From IMG/VR virus record IMGVR_UViG_3300020576_004096: a stretch of 64,000 bases of DNA; one strand, written 5' to 3'. Position 1 is the first letter of the stretch. The number at the start of each line of letters is the position of its first letter. The translations under genes were made by a program, and so were the position numbers. The DNA is from an uncultured virus (IMG/VR IMGVR_UViG_3300020576_004096) (lineage: Duplodnaviria > Heunggongvirae > Uroviricota > Caudoviricetes). The notes beneath the pieces are model-generated. The model saw only the letters and a list, made by a program, of their open reading frames with translations, searched no databases and was not told where the DNA came from. Positions 58,667 to 64,000 of the stretch are shown piece by piece.

Positions 58667-59013
58667 ACTTCGGTCGCAAAGAACAACAGAGTCAGACAAC
58701 GGAACGAAGGGTCTTAACAAAGGAGCGAGCCATGAAGAACTAAACTCCCACCACCAAAGACTCACACAGATTTGATTGTCTCAGCAACCCCCAGCCATGT
58801 TGGTTGGGGTTTGCTATTTAATAATGGCGCAGTGGAAGACTCCTCACTCATAACGATTTAATTTTGTTGGAAAGGATACCCCACCCCCCAGCCCGCCCCT
58901 TCTCTAATCTAAAAGATACCTAGTTTGCGGAGGTAGCCTAAGGCATGCGCAGCTACGGAAAGACTCTTTGCCGATAATATACCTGAAAGCTTTGGGGTAT
59001 ACGAGGGATAATT

Positions 59014-59331
59014 ATGACAAACAAAGAGAAGAATAGAATTAAAAACGCAAAGAGTAAAGAGTATAGGACTTCATACAAGAAAAAGATTTATCAACAATGT
59101 AGAGAATACTGTTGGGAGTATAAAAGAACTCATCCATGTATGCATTGCGGAGAAAAGCATCCTGCATGTTTATCTTTTCATCATAGAGATCCATCAACAA
59201 AGGACGGAGATGTTACATACCTCTGTAAGTATGGAATGAAAAGAGTTTTAGCAGAAATTGCCAAATGCGATATACTCTGTCATAACTGTCATGCCAAGGT
59301 TCATTATAATGAAGGGCATGCCGTCACTTAA
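59014..59331 (+). CDS. HNH endonuclease
   Basis: CMHCGE...LSFHHRDP...CDILCHNCHAKVH. Confidence 0.85.
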   Translation: MTNKEKNRIKNAKSKEYRTSYKKKIYQQCREYCWEYKRTHPCMHCGEKHPACLSFHHRDPSTKDGDVTYLCKYGMKRVLAEIAKCDILCHNCHAKVHYNEGHAVT

Positions 59332-59572
59332 AATTCAGGAATAAAAGGATACCTTATCTCGCTCACCCGTAGAGTAAATTTCTAAAGGGTATACCGTCAC
59401 TTAAAATTCGCGCAAGAAGGATACCTTGGATTGCTCCCCGCTAATTGTTCTGTATATCCCGCCTCTTGCTCCTCTAGTCGCATTCTTCAAACCAAACATC
59501 TAATAAAATTTCGCGCAACGAAAGGATACCTCATTGTTCGATAGTATCTATGAGAAGAGAGGAAAACGAACA

Positions 59573-59962
59573 ATGAAGAATATACAAACAAAATCTTATA
59601 AGAAAGCAATGCATGATCAGGAATGGAACTATAAAGGCCATACCTGCAAGATTGATATTGACGTTGAAAGAGACCATAGAGGCGTTCCAGAGGTTGCTAA
59701 AGCTTATCATACCGTTATAACTCCTGAAGGCAAAACGCTTTATCCTGATATAAGCCCATACGATACGGATCAAACAACTGTTAACATGTGGATTGACGCA
59801 GGTTATCCTCCTCGTCCTGGCGGTAGCAATCATGACAAGAAGAGCTTACAAGCTTTGTTAGCTCAGAAAGGTCAAGTCGGACACAGGGGTATACTTCCTC
59901 CAAAAGACAATAACATTACTTGGCTAACGAATCAAGAGCCGCTTGGAGGTAACAATGTCTAA
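59573..59962 (+). CDS. hypothetical protein
   Basis: GAGG SD. Confidence 0.65.
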   Translation: MKNIQTKSYKKAMHDQEWNYKGHTCKIDIDVERDHRGVPEVAKAYHTVITPEGKTLYPDISPYDTDQTTVNMWIDAGYPPRPGGSNHDKKSLQALLAQKGQVGHRGILPPKDNNITWLTNQEPLGGNNV

Positions 59963-60552
59963 CTGGTATGAAATGGCAAAGTTTGCGGACGGTCAATGGA
60001 CTGGTCTCAGAACCGACGAATTGCAAAATGATAAATCAATTGTTGATCAAGCTTGGGATCTATATCAAAAAGGCGTATCTCTATCAAAAAGGCGTATCTC
60101 TTCAGCAAATATCAAGACAAATGAATATCGGTCCCAATATTCTAAGAAACTTTTTATCCAAAAGAAAAGGGTTTCAACCAGAACGGTTTGGTCCTGGAAA
60201 TAATGCGTATAACGGCCCCGCCCTAGACGAAAATAAAGGAAAGAAAGCTGCTGATCTTTACAGAAAGGGCTATACCATCAATCAAATTGCTGCTCATTTT
60301 AATGTAGCTAATCAAACCCTTCTTCCATATCTTATGAAAGCTCTCAATCCAAATGAGCGAGCAGAAATAAGAGAAAAGTTCTTATCTAGAAAAGACTCTA
60401 ACTTCAAGAAAATAGTTGATAAGATTATAGGTTTCAAAAACAAAAATCCAAACCTATCGTCTTCTCAAATATCAAAACTATTAGGTATAGAAGTTCATAA
60501 TGTAAAGCGTATTGTTGAAATGTTTTATGACGGGCAACAGGAAGCGGCATGA
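59955..60552 (+). pseudogene. multi-HTH protein frameshifted by a 19-bp tandem duplication
   Basis: TATCAAAAAGGCGTATCTC at 60063 and 60082; LYQKGVSL in both frames; HTH-like GYTINQIAAHFNVANQTL. Confidence 0.7.
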
Positions 60553-61175
60553 AAATCATAGTTTCTGAAAACTATAAAATGAATCTACTACCTATCCCTG
60601 GTAGTAGATTTTTTCGTTATCGTTGCGACCATTGTGGCGATGTAATGAGAGCAAAAGAATCTGATATAGAAAAAGCAAGAAAAGATCGCATTCCTATATA
60701 CTGTCTAAAATGCAAACCAACAGGAATACCTGGAAAGAGTCTAACCAAAGACCTTAATACACTTGAAGAAGATCCAGACGCTTTTAAGAAAAACCTAGAA
60801 TCAAACTCTCATGAACATGGTTTGGTAAAATTTGCAGGCTTTGATACTGGGCATTGGCAAACCAAAAGCTTCAGAGACTCGCTATCCTTATTGCCAGTTC
60901 AAGTTCAACAGCTAGCCTCTCAAAAATATCAAACGCTTCTTTCCAATCCTCAACAAGTTGGCATTAAGCCATTACCCGAAAATAGGGGAAAGCTAGAAGT
61001 TTGGTCTGCTCAGGTTGGCGGTCGTTACAGAGCATTAGCTGTTAAGTTTCAATCTCAGTTTATATGGTATTGGATCGGCTCTCACGAAGAGTACAATAAG
61101 CTCAAGAGCATGCCTCCAAACTCTCAAGTCATGAACTTCGTTCAAAAGATTATGAGGGAAGGACGGTCCTCATGA
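60549..61175 (+). CDS. zinc ribbon plus C-terminal RelE/ParE-like domain protein
   Basis: VWSAQVGGRYRALAV...WYWIGSHEEYNKL. Confidence 0.65.
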   Translation: MKIIVSENYKMNLLPIPGSRFFRYRCDHCGDVMRAKESDIEKARKDRIPIYCLKCKPTGIPGKSLTKDLNTLEEDPDAFKKNLESNSHEHGLVKFAGFDTGHWQTKSFRDSLSLLPVQVQQLASQKYQTLLSNPQQVGIKPLPENRGKLEVWSAQVGGRYRALAVKFQSQFIWYWIGSHEEYNKLKSMPPNSQVMNFVQKIMREGRSS

Positions 61176-62065
61176 GTTGGTACGACCTTGCTAAGTTTGC
61201 AGACAGGCTCACCTTGCCTCCCGGCAGGAGTCCCGAAGAAAGACCGGCGCTACAGAAGAACGACGTAGTAAGGGTCTTTCATGGTTTTAGGGATTTAGAG
61301 GACGCCATAGCCGCATGTCGCTACGGCTTATCTGGAAAGTCAAGAGTTGGTAGGGTTTACTCATATGAAGCCGACAACAATCCTACAGGGTTATTTGTAA
61401 CAACAGACCCAAAGAAAGCTTCGGAGTTTGGAGCTTGGATAGTTGAGTTTCATGCGAACATGAACGAGCTTGAGGCTCCCGTTTGGCCAGGCGGTTCTTA
61501 TACCGTTCAAGGGCAGATGGCTGAATACTTTGGCAACAGCAAAGCAAAAAGAGAAGAAGAAAGAGTTCGAGCAAGGCAACGAGCGGTAGACCGCAACATT
61601 CCGCCCATCTCTCAGAGCGAAAGACCAGAGCTTGCAAATACTCTTTTAGGATTTGGCGAGAGCCAAGCTTTATTCGTTGGACACTTGAATCCAAACCGTA
61701 TTATCAGAGTATGGCTAAGAGACAACCGTAACGGTCAGTTATCCAATGTATCAAGACAACAGTTCTTAGCGAACAACAAGGGTTACGAGTTCAAGGGCAA
61801 CAGCAATCATGAATCAACCTTGGCAGCAAGAAGAGTGTTTAGGGTAGACGAGGAGTTTGACCCTAACAAGTTTGTACAGAGCTTTGTTGATAGGTATGGC
61901 GGAAGATGGACCTTTGACGAAGCGAAGAAAGCTTTGATAAGAGGTTTTGGTAATAAGAGTGTACAAGTTATGAAGAGCGAGCTATATAGGTATGTATGGC
62001 CTAAACAGTTACCCGCAGCTTTGAGATGGCTTGGCAGAGAGTACAAGAATCGCAATGTGGTATAA
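61172..62065 (+). CDS. hypothetical protein, possible ADP-ribosyltransferase-like fold
   Basis: VRVFHG...GLFVTTD...ASEFG. Confidence 0.5.
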   Translation: MSWYDLAKFADRLTLPPGRSPEERPALQKNDVVRVFHGFRDLEDAIAACRYGLSGKSRVGRVYSYEADNNPTGLFVTTDPKKASEFGAWIVEFHANMNELEAPVWPGGSYTVQGQMAEYFGNSKAKREEERVRARQRAVDRNIPPISQSERPELANTLLGFGESQALFVGHLNPNRIIRVWLRDNRNGQLSNVSRQQFLANNKGYEFKGNSNHESTLAARRVFRVDEEFDPNKFVQSFVDRYGGRWTFDEAKKALIRGFGNKSVQVMKSELYRYVWPKQLPAALRWLGREYKNRNVV

Positions 62066-62363
62066 ATTCGCGCAAAATAGAAGAACAGGGTTTAAGGTCG
62101 TTGGCTTTGCCAACGGCAAGGCTTATTCTCTAGCCAACCGCAACCTCCAATACAACCTTACCATTGGCAGCGTCGTTGGCGATACTTTCTTAGGAACGAC
62201 AGAACAGTTCGTTATAGACTATTACAGTAATATGACGGACGGGCAAGAGCTTTTGCTCACCTATTCGTATGAAGAAGCTGATATAATATCAGGAGGCGAT
62301 TCTGCGAATGGCGGCGAGGTAAGGGTAAGCAAGGCAAGACTTGAAAGCGTCAGACCTCTTTAG
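62055..62363 (+). CDS. hypothetical protein
   Basis: starts MWYKFAQ. Confidence 0.65.
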   Translation: MWYKFAQNRRTGFKVVGFANGKAYSLANRNLQYNLTIGSVVGDTFLGTTEQFVIDYYSNMTDGQELLLTYSYEEADIISGGDSANGGEVRVSKARLESVRPL

Positions 62364-63462
62364 GCGGCTCGAACAATAGATTTCGCGCAACAGGAGGAAG
62401 CCCAACTTGGTTGGGTTTTTGTGTTATTGGTTTGAGCGGAGCCGTTGGAGGAGTCTTTGGCGGCAACTGTAACCCAACCTCTCGAAGGTCTAAGTCCCAT
62501 TCCTCAAACTCGGTAGCATTACTAAGAAGGTCCATTGCTCGACGAATCTCGCCCTTTGAGTCTTGGGTAACGTCAGCTATATAATCGAGCATGTCTCCGG
62601 TTTGGTGAGCGGAGTTGATAACAATATTGATTGTAGCGAGGGCTTGACCGATAGGTTGGTTCTCAACGCTCTTGAGCATGCTATAGGCATTCTCTATTCT
62701 TTGTCTTGTTTGGTCTATACCTTGGGGCTTCCAGAAGCCGTACCAAATAGGGAAGCATAAGAACTGAGCAAACTCTATACATATTTCCTCAAGGTCATAC
62801 ATTTGGGAAGCGGCCTCAAGGAATCCTGCCAAATCGTCGCCGTGCCAGGTGCTAAGATATTCGGAGAACGGCATTTCTTCGTAGCGTTGTTTGATTTCAG
62901 CTTGTATTTGTTCCTCGTCTATTTCTTCTTGGTTTCTATTAGCTTCGTAAAAAGCGTTTTCGGTATCAGCTTCAATAAGCTCATACTTTGCGGTTTCAAA
63001 GAGTTTATGAAGAACAGGAGCTTGGCCGTTCTTAACAGGTTCGTCGAGTCGGTGTAGCTCTGGAGAAATGTTAAACTTCTTTCTTAGTCTTTGCATATCG
63101 CATTCGCTCTCGATCATTTCGGCGAGGGATTGCGGGGAATCTCCGTTTATTTCAAACCATTCTTTAGCTCTTTTGGTTGCCCAAGTTCGAGGGGTAAGGA
63201 GGGCGTGACCCGAAAGCCAGTTTTCAAAGACTGGAACGAGTATATCCACAAAGTCTGCGATAACGGTTCTTGCGGAGTTTTCTATTTGTTTGAGGATATT
63301 TTCAAGTCTCTTTGGGTAGCCGTTGAAGTTATGGTGTTGTAAGTATTGGTACTTATAAGTAAGTTCATAGAGGGCATAGAGCATGCTTGATATGGAGTCT
63401 CTGTTATATTGGACGTTCCATATAGGCGTTGTTGCAAACTTTGCTCTAGAGTACCAGTTCAT
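62350..63462 (-). CDS. hypothetical helical protein
   Basis: 370-aa ORF starting MNWYSRAKFA. Confidence 0.8.
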   Translation of the reverse strand: MNWYSRAKFATTPIWNVQYNRDSISSMLYALYELTYKYQYLQHHNFNGYPKRLENILKQIENSARTVIADFVDILVPVFENWLSGHALLTPRTWATKRAKEWFEINGDSPQSLAEMIESECDMQRLRKKFNISPELHRLDEPVKNGQAPVLHKLFETAKYELIEADTENAFYEANRNQEEIDEEQIQAEIKQRYEEMPFSEYLSTWHGDDLAGFLEAASQMYDLEEICIEFAQFLCFPIWYGFWKPQGIDQTRQRIENAYSMLKSVENQPIGQALATINIVINSAHQTGDMLDYIADVTQDSKGEIRRAMDLLSNATEFEEWDLDLREVGLQLPPKTPPTAPLKPITQKPNQVGLPPVARNLLFEPPKEV

Positions 63463-63544
63463 ACCACTATGTATCGAGAAAGTATGCTCTAATCCTTGAT
63501 TGTTGAGAAAGGAAAGGCTGTTTATATTTCGATACTATAGTATC

Positions 63545-64000
63545 ATGTGGTATAAAGCCGCTAACGAGACCTTTGTAACTTTGTATCATGGCACCAGCCG
63601 TGAGAACTATCTTTTAATGAATAGGACTGGCGTTTTGAGGAAATCGGACGTACCGAACCTTACAACGAGCAAAGAGTTAGCGAAGGCGTTTGGGAAGCAG
63701 TTCTTTGAGGGCGACGAAACAGTAATCCTTTCTTTTGTACTTCCGCGAAATTTAATAGAAGGTCGGGTTGGTACGGTAGTAACGACGGTTGGCGACATTC
63801 CAATGAGATACTGCAAGGGCGTTGAGAAGTTTGACAGCATGGACGCTTCGATAGGAAAGCCAGCGGACATAAGGCATGGGTTAGAGGTTGGTCAGCAGGT
63901 TGGGGGATGGACAGCGGAGCAAGAGCGTATGGCGGCGGAGAAGCTTAGGGAGTTGGAGAGGAATCCAAAGGCTTATATACCGGCATGGATGAGGAACGAC
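63545..64000 (+). CDS. partial ORF (runs off the window), ART-like YHGT motif
   Basis: MWYKAANETFVTLYHGTS...NLTTSKELAKAFG. Confidence 0.6.
   Translation, partial: MWYKAANETFVTLYHGTSRENYLLMNRTGVLRKSDVPNLTTSKELAKAFGKQFFEGDETVILSFVLPRNLIEGRVGTVVTTVGDIPMRYCKGVEKFDSMDASIGKPADIRHGLEVGQQVGGWTAEQERMAAEKLRELERNPKAYIPAWMRND

Noticed and set aside
37996..58670. ACTAAACTT array as a CRISPR array or integron attC cassette array
   Set aside because: The repeat is only 9 bp, spacing equals gene length, there is no attC-like inverted-repeat pairing, and no cas or integrase gene is seen; the fixed 20-nt distance to ATG fits an expression signal better.

Overview
A 64-kb segment of a large (jumbo-type) bacteriophage genome, standard genetic code. 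The host is probably a planctomycete, judged from a PEP-CTERM-like tail, prepilin-type N-termini, a dockerin-like repeat and ClpS genes. No capsid, terminase or polymerase genes are recognisable. Contents: (i) small membrane and hypothetical genes, an ABC/AAA ATPase, a degenerate Fic protein, a RadA-like ATPase and a GHKL-ATPase/HEXXH fusion (1-17 kb); (ii) a tRNA/ncRNA region (17-27 kb, outliers to 47 kb) with 18 canonical-looking tRNAs, several anticodon-less tRNA-like RNAs, two candidate large structured ncRNAs and free-standing homing endonucleases; (iii) a long co-oriented array of small genes (to about 58.7 kb), most preceded by ACTAAACTT, about 40 times exactly 20 nt before the ATG; (iv) a block of proteins sharing an N-terminal M-x-W-Y-x-x-A-K-F-A-like tag (59.5-64 kb). 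The main finding is two leader-peptide transcription attenuators that precede tRNA gene clusters rather than biosynthetic operons. A Leu-rich leader precedes eight tRNA-Leu genes, and an Ile/Val/His/Trp-rich leader precedes tRNA-Trp/Val/His/Ile/Ile/Val. All family assignments are motif recognition by eye; no searches were run.
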